64,000 nucleotides of DNA, from positions 496,001-560,000 of the forward strand of contig MU004199.1 of NCBI GenBank assembly GCA_010093605.1. Reading direction: 5' to 3'. The stretch comes from Lophium mytilinum. Taxonomy: Eukaryota. Shown here piece after piece: positions 24,502-35,871 of the stretch. Below the pieces are notes generated by a model. The model made no database searches. It worked only from the letters and a program-made list of their open reading frames with translations, and was not told the DNA's origin. Made by a program: the position numbers and the translations under genes. Within the stretch, counting starts at the first letter, position 1, and every line of letters begins with the position of its first letter.

Positions 24502-25187
24502 ACGTGGCCTCTTTCTCGATTACCGCAATACCTTCATTAACATTCATTTGCGCATGTGGTCCCCGGCGGCGAGAATCAAGGCGTTTGGTTCTTGGAGACT
24601 GGCGACTACCCCTGGCGTTTTGTCCATTTTTGTTGGATCGGGAAAAATACCGGCACTTATCAGCCTTTCGGCTTCTCGGCCTATTCCTTTCGTGCGGAGC
24701 AGCCTTCGCCATAATTGTACATTACTCGACAACCGTGATTTGTATATAGTTAACAGATCTGAGAACGCTCCTGAAGCATGCTCTATTCACCTACCGATAC
24801 TACACTCCACCCACAGACTACTTACTCTATGTAATGCATGGCGTGTCACTGTGCTGTTCTAGATCTTTGCTCAAGTGACCTAACCTTCCCAATATTCCAC
24901 TACTTCACGCCAAAGACCCCGTGATGGAACCTTAGCTATTTATATCCTAGCTAATCGGGAGGCAACCGCCACACAGACGCTAATGCCGGATGCGCGTCGG
25001 GGCCGGATGAACAAAGTTCCTTGCGCCAAGGCCGCTGGGAACGTGGAATCCAAGTTCGACGACAACTGAAACACCATCTCATCGCTCACCACCACGCTCG
25101 TTACTGCGAAACGCCTGAGTCAACGCGCTCATCTCGAACGAAAGATACGAACCACCCGACCCCTTCCTGCCGCACATTCACGTCGCC

Positions 25188-26181
25188 ATGCAATTCCGGC
25201 TACTCGCTCTTCTGGCGGCGCTTGCCCCCTTCGCTCTCGCCGACGTCCAGTTCACCGTTCCGAAAGCTGGCGGGTCCATGCCTGGAGGAGCTATAACGGT
25301 GGAATGGAAGGAATCCGGCAATTCACCGTCGCTCACAGATCTCAAGAGCTACCAGCTTTTCCTTTGCGCGGGAGGAAACGATGATGCCACGATTGTAAGG
25401 ATAGCAGGATGAATGCGGACAAGAGAACGCTGGACTAACAGAATCTCTACCCTAGTTACAACTCACCGCTATCACCACCTCGGGGACGTTCACGGCTGGA
25501 AACAAGGCGATTGGGACGATCGGAATCGGCGTTGGAGCCAGTACTATCAAGAACGCCTAGTACGTCTCACTACCCCTCGATATGGACCCTGAGAAACCTT
25601 GCATATGCCCTTCGAACTTCGAGTTACTGACCATACGACCAGCTTCTTCAAGATGATCTCCGTCGCCACCGAAGGAGGACAGGTGATCAACTACTCCGAC
25701 CGATTCTCCCTCACTGGCATGACAGGCACCTTCCCAGACGCCTATGCCGCCGCCGCCAAAGCCGTGACTGGAACCGATGGTCCGCCTACCGTCAACCAAG
25801 TCGCAGATGGTGCCAATCCCGCCCAGCCAGTCGATCCTTCCGCGTACAATGTCCCCTATACTCTGCAGACTGGCCTGACCAAGTTTGCACCCATGCAGCC
25901 GGTTCCTCCCACCAAGATTACGAAGAAGAACGCCTCGCCGCAGTACCCTACTAGTGCTGTGACTTTTGCAAAGACGTTCCTGCCTACCCCGAAGCAGGTC
26001 ACGACACAGACCATGAGCCAAACGTTTAGCGTGAAGAGCATGGAGAACTCGGTATGTTTCAGATACCCTGTCGAACGTTTTCCATTCGGAAGAGAGGCTA
26101 ACATCATCACCATCACAGGCACCCGCTGCGCCCATGCCCTCAGACGACATGGCCAAGTTCCTCCGACGATGGAAGGACTAA
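25188..26181 (+). CDS. KRE9: KRE9/KNH1 beta-1,6-glucan biosynthesis protein, 4 exons
   Basis: Signal peptide; INYSDRFSLTGMTG; VPYTLQTGLTKFAPMQPVP; exons 25188-25394, 25456-25559, 25643-26051, 26119-26181. Confidence 0.9.
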
Positions 26182-27061
26182 GCGTCTGTTTTATACTTCA
26201 TTCCGCATCCTTTCCACGGCTAGCTCTGATGTCCGCATTTGTATCTGCAATCATTGACAGGGGACATATTTCATCGATTTCATACCTTCTGGGGGCTTGG
26301 CAGTGGCAATGGGCTCCACTTGCCATTGGCGCAGGCGTCTATGACGGCTTTCTGGGTGGCATCATGGTGATCGATCGGGCAGTTAGAATCCCTGGATATA
26401 AGGGACGGCGTATTTTAGCGTATGTTTAACTTATGTAGAGGAGTATTGAATATGACTGGTTTAATGGCACTCTCTTTCTTTGATGGTCGTGAGTTTGCCT
26501 TATGTGTTGTTGGGATGTGGCGTGTCGATAGCTGAAGCTGCCTCTCGCACTGCCAACTTCAGCGGTTGACTGAGATCGCTAAACCCTCACCTAAACCTCA
26601 CCCTAGTTTGTTTACTGACGGTCACGTGGTATCACTCTCGCGAATTAAGATAGTTCCCCTGAGATGATGCAGCGGTATAGCAAGGACGCTCCAGGCTTCT
26701 AATCATTTTAACAACCTTTCAACCTCTCGGAGGGCCTCCAAACAACTGCGCGGCTCCGAAGGCTGAGCATGCAGGGGTGAATGTCTCAGGCCGTTTCGTG
26801 GTCTGTGCGGCTCGTTGCCCGTCGCGACTTCCGCAACTAACTAAACACCAACCGAGAGCTCCGCCAGCCAGCTGCAGCTACATACAGTTCGCGCGCATCC
26901 CCACCGCAAAGACATTGTCTTTCTATCGTTCCCAGCGTGCATACTTACTGTACTCGATATTCGGGATTTACCTTCTCTTCGTTGACAAACATTCCGCGCA
27001 ATCCACAGTATCGACCAGCCCCCTTCCGCCCCGTCCTCCGCCCATCGTGGCACCAGTCGCA

Positions 27062-30000
27062 ATGTCGAGGCCATACACACCAAGTGGCAATGCGCCTCCG
27101 AGCTATGGAGAACCCCCATCGTATCATTCGAATGAAGACGAGGATTCAACTACACCTACACACCAGCACAGTGGAGGCGCGACTATGCGTTTGTTGACAC
27201 ACGCAGAGGAAAGCGGATACAGATCGTATGTGACTTCAGATTCTTCTCTCGAGGACCCCGTTCCTTCTGCCAATACATCTCTACTCTCCGAGTTTCCTAG
27301 TATTGTAGCGCAGGTTGGCGATCGTACGGTACCATCCGGGGAGGCGGGTAAACAAGCTGCAGCTGAAGCCGCAATTGTTGACCTCCTCCGTGAGGCGTCC
27401 TCGTCACTTACCCAACCGGTAGCAAAACCACAAAGAATCAAGAGGAAGTCTCTCAAGGACCGTTTCAGACACCGTTTCTCTCCTAAACCCCCAAGCAGTC
27501 CTGTAGACTCATTAGATAAACACAGTCCAAGTCGCTTGACGCGCTCATACCACCCCTCCACATCTTCACTACATTCGCGGGCGCCTTCTGTCGTCGACAG
27601 CGCGCCAGAGATACCACCACCTCAGTCTGAGGTTCCGCCTTACATTCCTTACCGAGCGGCGTCGCCTGCGAGGTCCCAAGCGCGGTCGTGGAGTCCATCG
27701 AGATCTTCGGCTGACTGGCCGCGGCCTCCTGCTTCGACCGTGTCATACGAGCCGGTGGATATCAATGGGAGCCCAAGACCTGGAACACCTTCGTCGAGGT
27801 ATGGTAGTCCGAAGCGGCCACTACCTCCGGCACCTCTTTTCGCCGGTGGACGTCCTGTGTCAAGAGACTCCAACTTGACCTCTGCGCAATCCGCATCCAT
27901 TCCTATTGACGATGACGATGTCTTTGCCGACCCTCCTCGCGACCTTCCGGATCTTACCCATCGCGATTCATTCGCGTCGCAATCCACTTTTACGGAGGAG
28001 TTCACTGTTACCGATGAAAAGTCAGATCACTACGGACCAGCTCCAGAAGGTGCACAAGCCAGGCGTGGTGCTAGACATGCACAAATGGCGAAGAAGGAAG
28101 TCCGCCTCATCAACGGTGAGCTGATTCTAGAGTGCAAGATCCCGACCATTCTCTACAGCTTTCTGCCACGACGGGACGATGTCGAGTTCACCCATATGCG
28201 ATACACGGCCGTTACCTGCGATCCTGATGATTTTGTAACCCGTGGATACAAGTTACGACAAAACATTGACTCTCGTGAAACGGAGCTGTTCATTTGTATT
28301 ACCATGTACAATGAGAACGAAATCGATTTCACGCGGACAATGCATGGTGTCATGCGCAACATTTCCCATTTCTGCTCACGTACGAAGTCGCGAACCTGGG
28401 GCAAAGACGGCTGGCAGAAGATTGTGGTGTGCATCATTTCCGATGGTCGTCAGAAGGTTCACCCTCGAACTTTAGATGCATTAGCCGCCATGGGATGCTA
28501 CCAGGATGGTATCGCCAAGAACAACGTCAACCAGAGAGCGGTGACGGGCCATGTTTACGAATACACTACCCAAGTCTCGTTAGATTCCGATTTGAAGTTC
28601 AAAGGGGCTGAGAAGGGTATTGTACCGTGCCAAATGATATTCTGTTTGAAGGAAAAGAATGAGAAGAAGCTCAACTCGCATCGGTGGTTCTTCAACGCAT
28701 TCGGTCGCGCGCTGAACCCGAATGTCTGCATCTTGCTTGATGTAGGCACGAAGCCAGGACCAAAGGCTCTCTACCATCTTTGGAAGGCTTTCGATAACGA
28801 CTCCAACGTTGCCGGTGCGGCCGGTGAGATCAAGGCTGGTAAAGGCAAGGGATGGCTAGGTTTGTTGAACCCGCTTGTCGCTTCTCAGAACTTCGAATAT
28901 AAAATGTCGAACATCCTGGACAAGCCGCTGGAGTCAGTGTTCGGCTACATAACGGTGCTTCCTGGTGCGCTGTCGGCGTACCGATATCACGCGCTGCAGA
29001 ATGATCACACTGGTCATGGCCCACTCAGCCAGTATTTCAAGGGTGAGACATTGCATGGTCAAGATGCCGACGTCTTTACTGCGAACATGTACCTCGCCGA
29101 AGATCGTATTCTGTGTTGGGAATTGGTCGCGAAGAGGAGTGAGCGGTGGGTGTTGAAGTATGTAAAGAGTGCTACGGGAGAGACCGATGTGCCAGGTGAG
29201 TCATGAACCCATCTTCCTACCAGTGTTTCGCGAGTTTGATTGCTGACCTCATCTTAGACACCGTTCCAGAATTCATCTCCCAGCGTCGTCGTTGGCTGAA
29301 CGGTGCTTTCTTCGCCGCTGTGTACTCACTTCTCCACTTCCGACAAGTCTGGAGTACGGACCACACCCTTTGGCGCAAGATTCTTCTCCACATTGAATTC
29401 ATCTACCAATTCGTCTCACTCCTCTTCACATACTTCTCCCTCGCCAACTTCTACCTCACCTTCTACTTCATCGCTGGCTCCCTTGCAGACCCCAAACTAG
29501 ACCCCTTCGGCCATTCCATCGGCAAATACATCTTCGGCGTCCTCCGTTACACAACCGTCCTCCTCATTTGCATGCAGTTCATCCTTTCCATGGGCAACCG
29601 TCCGCAAGGTGCTAAGAAGATGTTCATGTCCTCGATGATCGTCTACTGCTTAATCATGGCCTACACGACCTTCGCCTCCATCTACATCGTCGTCGTGCAG
29701 CTCAAAGACCCCAAATCCGTCAAAACCCTCGGCAACAACGTCTTCACCAACCTCATCGTCTCGACCGCCACGACAATCGGACTGTACTTCCTCATGAGCT
29801 TCTTATACCTGGATCCTTGGCACATGTTCACCTCGTCCGCGCAGTACTTCGCCCTCCTCCCCAGCTACATCTGCACGCTGCAGGTCTACGCCTTCTGCAA
29901 CGCCCACGACGTCACCTGGGGCACGAAGGGCGACAACGTGCAAATGACGGACTTGGGCTCCGCACGCGGCAAATCCGGCGGCAATATCGTCGAGCTCGAG

Positions 30001-30492
30001 ATGCCGTCGGAGCAGCTCGATATCGACTCCGGCTACGACGAGGCGCTGCGCAACCTCCGCGACCGAATTGAGGTCCCCGTCCCCGGCATCTCGGAGTCGC
30101 AGGCGCAGGAGGACTACTACCACGCTGTGCGCACGTACATGGTCGTTGTGTGGATGATCTGTAATGCGGTGCTGGCGATGAGCGTGTCGGAAGCGTATTC
30201 GGGCACGACGGTTAAGAATAACTTTTATTTGAAGTTCATCCTGTGGTCTGTCGCTGGTCTCGCGTTCTTCCGAGCGGTGGGGTCGAGTACATTCGGTATC
30301 ATCAATATCATTCACAGTGTGATGGAGGGACGTCTTAAGTGGGGCGATAGGATGAAGGGGAAGACTGGCCTCGGTGGTGGACGGAGGAAGTGGGGAGGTT
30401 CGGGGGGGAGTTGGTGGAGTGGGAGTTGGGTGGGGAGCAAGTTGAGTAGTTTGGCGCCGAGTAGTATTGGGAGCTCGCTTGGGAAGAAGTGA
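27062..30492 (+). CDS. CHS2: Chitin synthase, class II
   Basis: [23 protein letters not shown] (class II-type), [22 protein letters not shown]; intron 29196-29258. Confidence 0.93.
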
Positions 30493-31023
30493 GACTTATG
30501 GTGAATGGGAGAGGAGTGTTTAATGTGCGGGAGGCGTTCTGGGATTGGGAAATGATGGATGAAGGTGGTGTTGTATGATATCCCGGTAAGAGGTTACGAC
30601 TCTTGGGGTTTTTTGTCTGCTGGGGTTTGGGTAATGGCGTATGGTATTGGTACTGGTACTTTTCTGCCCGTCTCTGTGGCAGGGCCTGTTAGATACAGCG
30701 GAAAGCTAGAAGTCTTTGCATACTCCTTTGCCATTGCTTGGGGTTATGCGATGAGGTTTTATATGTCTAGGCGCACTAAGGGGTTCTAGGCAGTGCAGAT
30801 TAGACGACGCCCTGGCGAGCTGGGTACGAACTACCTACCGAGGCCGCCCCTCTCAGTAGTTGTTGGAGTATGTAATGGCGCTTGTTTTCCGGTCTCGCTA
30901 ATCTTAGGCCAGGCGTGCTTCTTTGCATGTACCTCTTTATAGTTGTCTTAAGGATACTACTTCTTGGTCGTTTAGTGTGTAAGTGTATCGAGATTATGTT
31001 TCGCCCGCCCGACAAAGTAAGTA

Positions 31024-31246
31024 CAGTACTAGGTGGTAAGTTTGGACACACGGATATCGCACTCCTTGGGCTCCACCCTGGCTCACTTGACACCAGTGTA
31101 AGGGCTGCCTTGGCTAGTTATTAGCTTCCTTAAAAGATAGTCTGATTTCCACTGCATTGGCCTTTTCGTCGTACTGCGATATTTGACAACCAATTGAGGT
31201 ACCTCGAACAGTTGTAAGAGGTGCCTAAACCCATGTCTTGGTAATG
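31024..31246. mobile_element. MITE family B copy 1 (223 bp), Tc1-like, TA flanks, degenerate ~26-bp TIRs
   Basis: TA|cagtactaggtggtaagtttggacac ... gtgcctaaacccatgtcttggtaatg|TA; aligns end to end with 41647-41868. Confidence 0.7.
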
Positions 31247-31414
31247 TACAAACTCTCGCTCAGGTCCATCAATTGTCTACTAGCTTGCTGAAGCGAAGAA
31301 GGGAAACATTAAGCCTTCTCATAGTACATCTGATGCTACCTACTGTCCTGAAGCTAAGCTTAGATCATGGTACACTTATGTCCACATAGTGACCCCGAAG
31401 CTCGACGCCTCCAG

Positions 31415-31700
31415 CTACTTCTTTCGCCGCGTGCGACGAACAGCCTCGTTCTCGTTTTCATCCGAGTCCGTATCTTCCAATTGCCTCTTCTTGCCCGGCC
31501 AGTGTCGACCTCCTTCGTCGTATGGAGGGATCCCGTTCTCCCTGTCATACCGCCGGTGGTTGTCATGGTCCTCGAAGTCGTTCTCGCCGACCCACTGCGT
31601 CTCTTCCGGAACTTCCAATACTGGTCACCCTCCCATGAGACCATGTACTGCATTGTATCGTCTTGAAAATGCCTATGTCCACTTATCTGTCTACGGGCCG
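31415..31700 (-). pseudogene. Frameshifted tandem duplicate of the chromodomain and basic tail of the upstream gene
   Basis: RQISGHRHFQDDTMQYMVSWEGDQYW, frameshift at ~31615, then EVPEETQWVGENDFEDHDNHRRYDRENGIPPY; parallels the first copy residue by residue. Confidence 0.75.
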
Positions 31701-32815
31701 TTTCGCAACCGTTTAGACCGCCGATAAACCTCCTCTTCGTCGGAGGAGTCGTCGTCGTCACGTACTTTCCGCTTCTTCATTGCCGTGCCAGTAGGTGCCT
31801 TCTTCGCCAGATCCGCCCCTTGAATAGCCCATCGCCGACCCCCACGGCGGTACGGTGGAATCCCATGTGCATGATCGTATTGTTCATGCATATCGTGACT
31901 GGCGAAATCTTCCTCTGGCACCCAACGCTGCTCCTCAGACACATCCCAATGCTCGTGGCCTTCCCATCGAACCTTGTAGGTCACTGTTCCATCGCCATTC
32001 CGACGATATCCTACAATTGACCTCACGGCCCAGACCACATCATCCGTGCCGTCTTTAACCTCGTAGCCCTCCTGGATATGGTTGTGCCCCTCATGGGAGA
32101 ACTCCTCCAGCATCTCAGTCGCCCACTCACGGATACACTGGGTAATCCATGGAATCCCTCCCCTGCTGTCCAGCTCCCCGTCCTCGACAACATCCAAAGA
32201 CCACGTAAACCGCTTGGCTGGGCCCGTGTGCGGAATCATCTTGAACATACCCCATCCCAGTTCTCGACGAACCTTCCTCCTGTCGTACGCGCCCAGCATG
32301 GGATCCATCATCCTAGCAAAGGCAGCAGGCGGGTGAAACTGCCTATCGTACTCCCTAAGCTTCCACTGAAACTCATCAAGGAGCTTAGTCTTCGCACCAT
32401 TGGCGATACCAAACAGCTTCTTGTCGTCGGCAGCCAGCTCGTCCAATTTCTCCTTGAAGGCCCGGAACATCTCGCTCGCGTGCACCACGATGACGGTGTG
32501 AGATCGCTCGCCGCGACGTCGGTCCCAGCGACGACACTTTGAGCAGGTTCGGGGCTGATTAGGCGGGAGTACGTCCCGGTACGGGCAGGTATTTCGTTCC
32601 CTGAGCCATTCGGAAATGCAGTCTTTTCCGAATATGTGGCCGCAGGCAAGCCGGACCGGGATCTCGAGATCGCCGTGTTCGTTCTTGGTATAATAGACGT
32701 GGTCACATATATCGCAAGCGTCTTCCGGTTGGAGGCTCGCAGCACTTACTTGCTGGAAGTAGTGCGGGCATCTCGGAGTGGTGGGGTTGGCCTTGGGGGC
32801 CGCACGCCGTGCCAT
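31691..32815 (-). CDS. RING-finger plus C-terminal chromodomain protein, intronless
   Basis: CDIC...PVRLACGHIFGKDCISEWL...NTCPY (RING-like); WAVRSIVGYRRNGDGTVTYKVRWEG...RWVPEEDF (chromo-like); KKRK NLS-like tail; TATA upstream at ~32960. Confidence 0.82.
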   Translation of the reverse strand: MARRAAPKANPTTPRCPHYFQQVSAASLQPEDACDICDHVYYTKNEHGDLEIPVRLACGHIFGKDCISEWLRERNTCPYRDVLPPNQPRTCSKCRRWDRRRGERSHTVIVVHASEMFRAFKEKLDELAADDKKLFGIANGAKTKLLDEFQWKLREYDRQFHPPAAFARMMDPMLGAYDRRKVRRELGWGMFKMIPHTGPAKRFTWSLDVVEDGELDSRGGIPWITQCIREWATEMLEEFSHEGHNHIQEGYEVKDGTDDVVWAVRSIVGYRRNGDGTVTYKVRWEGHEHWDVSEEQRWVPEEDFASHDMHEQYDHAHGIPPYRRGGRRWAIQGADLAKKAPTGTAMKKRKVRDDDDSSDEEEVYRRSKRLRNGP

Positions 32816-33681
32816 GGTGGCGATGTCGACTTGAGAAAGAGGTGTTCAGGGGTTGTGTAGACCAAGATTGAAGCCGATGGGGGTTGTGGGGTGGTTTGGC
32901 GGTGTGGTGCTTGTAGAGTCGGTGATGATGACACCGTCGACACTGGAGTGATCGGGTTTATATATGTAGACATTTGTGCAAGTCTTGAAAGTGAATGTAC
33001 GAGCTGGCGAGGAGAGCCTGTTAAGCGTGAGAGTGAGACGTTGTAGACATGAATGCTTCCCACCTAACATTCACCTCTAGTCAAAGACCTTCTGGTCTGC
33101 AGCGTTCCGTCCTTCACGCCCTGCTTCGAAGTTATCAGTATGTCCACGGGGCCCCAAAAAGGGTTTCTAGACTGTCAAAACGCAGCAACGCTTGCCTTAT
33201 TGGCCTATTCCAAGGCCACTAGGTTTATTGCATTGGCATCGTTGATGTTAAGAATCGAAAGAGCTAACATATAAAATTAAAGATGTAGAATGTATACTAT
33301 TGACTCATTTAGAGAAGATGCAATATGAGACTGACGCAAAATGTGAGTCTAACATAAGTAGAAAGTGTGAACGTAGCTTTCAGAAATTGGGGAGATATAT
33401 GAGAAGATAGTTTGATGCTTCCCCCGGTCCCTATAGCAAGCCTTTACACAATCACTAAATCGATACGAAAGCTTGAATTAAAGACTGCAAACCAACGAAG
33501 TCATAACAGGTAGTACAATGTTCCAATGTGCAAGCAAGCATCTCCTTTCCCGTTCTTGGTAAAGCTAGGGCCGCCCCGTTGTCAAACACTACACAATTAT
33601 AGGAGTAACTACTGTTCCGTCTGTTCGGAGGCAAATAAAACATAGAAACTTCGCGTGATTCCCTGGGGAAGGTCTTCGTTT

Positions 33682-33743
33682 TAAGATGCCGCTGTCTTAA
33701 GACCATAGCTGTCCTAAGACCATACCATCTCAAGAACGTGACC
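33682..33743. repeat. Left arm of an inverted ~60-bp minisatellite-like repeat (partner 35298-35359)
   Basis: taagatgccgctgtcttaagaccatagctgtcctaagaccataccatctcaagaa versus revcomp of the right arm taagatgccgccatcttaagcctatgcctgcctcgataccatagccgtcttgagaa. Confidence 0.6.
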
Positions 33744-33774
33744 ACCTGCAGAATGACCCCGTCCCGAACCAACC

Positions 33775-34922
33775 CTAATAATCATAAAACACCAACGTCC
33801 TCACCTCAATACTCTCCCTCGGCGCCTCCCCATTAAACTCAGAATCCTCGAACGCCGTATGCGGAACCCTCCTCGCGACACTTCCATCATCAATCGAGTC
33901 GAAACCTATCTCATCATTAACACTACCATTCAACTCTCCCCCACAGTATCTCACTCCAGTAAAGCAGAACACTCACACTTGATAAACAACGGCTCATCCG
34001 GCCTCTGCCCAAACTTAAAGTACCACCGATGGCTCGGATTCGGCTTAACGACATACGTCTCGCCTGCACGATTCGGATAGATCAACGCCGCGCCAATAAG
34101 ATCGCTATCCGGGACAGTGTGCGCGTCCGCGAGCGCGAGGGGGTCGCGCGTGATCGTCTTGATGGGGCGCCAGACCTGCCAGCCGTCAGCACTTGCTCCC
34201 CTCGATTCCGCCGTCGAAGAGTATGTATGGAGGAAGGAAAGGGAACGGGAACAAGGCTCACGTTAATAATCTGAAACCTCTTCTTCAACAGCTCCTCCGC
34301 CTCATCGGGGAGATGATGAGCCACACGCCCCCGCGCCGCGCTGTACGACTGATCAATATGCACCCGCTTCCCTGGCCCGCGTTTGATTTCCTCGCCGGGG
34401 CCACCAGCGCGGTTGTCGGTGGGCGCGCGGCGGATGGTGTGGTCGAAGATGAAGACGCGGGTGGCGCCGGTGCTGTCTTTCAGCAGCTGTTCTACCTCTG
34501 GGTAGTAGTCTGCTATTATCTTCGCGTCATCGCGGAAATCTTTCTCCGCGCTCGAGTGCTTCACGTACTGGAACCCGTTTCCGTCGAGCGTGTACTTCTC
34601 CTCGTCGCCGGAGATGTCGTGGATTGTGGTAGAGACAGCGACGTGAGGACGATCGACATTGTCAACTTTGCTGTGGTTTGCTTACTCTCAGCTTGTCTTC
34701 CATATTTGAAGAGAATGATATGGGGGGAGAGGAGGGGAGAGTAACGCACCCAACGTAAATGGGAGCAGGAAGCGATCCATCACCGGGATCTTGGTAGTAG
34801 TTCAGCTCAGTGGCGACATTGTGCTTTGCGGGCTTGGTCGCGGGGGTGGCGGCTAGGGGTTCGATGACTTGGTCCAGCTTGGAGCTTGCAGGCGTGGCGT
34901 TGTGGATTGCTGCGGAAGCCAT
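33775..34922 (-). CDS. asaB/CmcJ/GA4-desaturase-like hydroxylase family protein, 4 exons
   Basis: YYPEVEQLLK..TGATRVFIFDHTIRR, VHIDQS, RFQIIN|VWRPI..RDPLALAD, FIKC|FDS, PHTAF, RESIEVRTLVF. Confidence 0.88.
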
Positions 34923-35297
34923 TGTGGTTTGTATACTATAACGGTTCGAGGGGTTTGAAATGTGTTCACGGAGTAATTGAAGAAATCCGAAAATGAGGTT
35001 GAGCCAAGAAGATAATTGAGCGTGTGTAGGTACGGAGTATGAAAGGTTTAAATACTAGATGTTTGCACCCCGCCTTACGCTGTTGACCCTTCTCCGCATT
35101 TCAAAAGGTGCGTTGATTGATAATGTACACGATCACGTTACTAGCACGCAATGCTTGCAGAATCCATGCCATTCAGACTTGTACCACAACTGCAGTCGCT
35201 TTGATCATCTGTGCTTACTCTGGATCTTGTCCGCAGCCAATAAGTCTTGAGGTTGCTCTCACCACGGTAGGTTCTTACGACAGCAGCTTGCTAAGAC

Positions 35298-35359
35298 GGC
35301 AGATTCTCAAGACGGCTATGGTATCGAGGCAGGCATAGGCTTAAGATGGCGGCATCTTA
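35298..35359. repeat. Right arm of the inverted minisatellite-like repeat (partner 33682-33743)
   Basis: ~16-17-bp units resembling cttaagacggctatgg; the terminal 20 bp match the left arm 18/20 in inverted orientation. Confidence 0.6.
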
Positions 35360-35871
35360 CTCGTGGTACGAGCAGGGGGTTCAAGGGGTCAATTAGGAGC
35401 GTTGATTAGGGCCATGGTACAGTACTAGGTGAAGAAGCAAGACATTGTGTAAGGGGCAGGATGGCAAGGGCAAGGAACGCGGAGTAAATGGACAAGGAAC
35501 GTGCGCATAGCGCGAGGTCCTTGCGGAGTCAGGTGACAAGAATAGAGGTCGACATTTTGCTGCAACTGCGGTGCAGCAAGAGGCTGAGTTTTGCCGCCAG
35601 TCGTGATAGAGCTTTAGTGGGAGGGTTTTATGGGTCGATACCGTAACACATGTGGGGTGTATGTGACTGCAGTTCCATAGTTTAGAGGTTGACAGTCACA
35701 TGACCCAAGAGCTTCACAAACGTGATGCTAGCAACACGTCCGAGACGGCAAATTTGCAGAAGGGTATCAAGAGGATTTAGCGACAGACTAAGTTCAATTT
35801 AAGCTATTATGACCAGTCTAATCAATGCCCAGTGGACTAGTATTCCAGCCGTCACGTGATACCCAAATGTC

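Noticed and set aside
26777..27061. N-terminal extension of the chitin synthase ORF (similarly 4464-4685 and 37276-37353)
   Set aside because: The extensions have no protein-like features and appear to begin at non-ATG codons; the downstream ATGs fit the families better.
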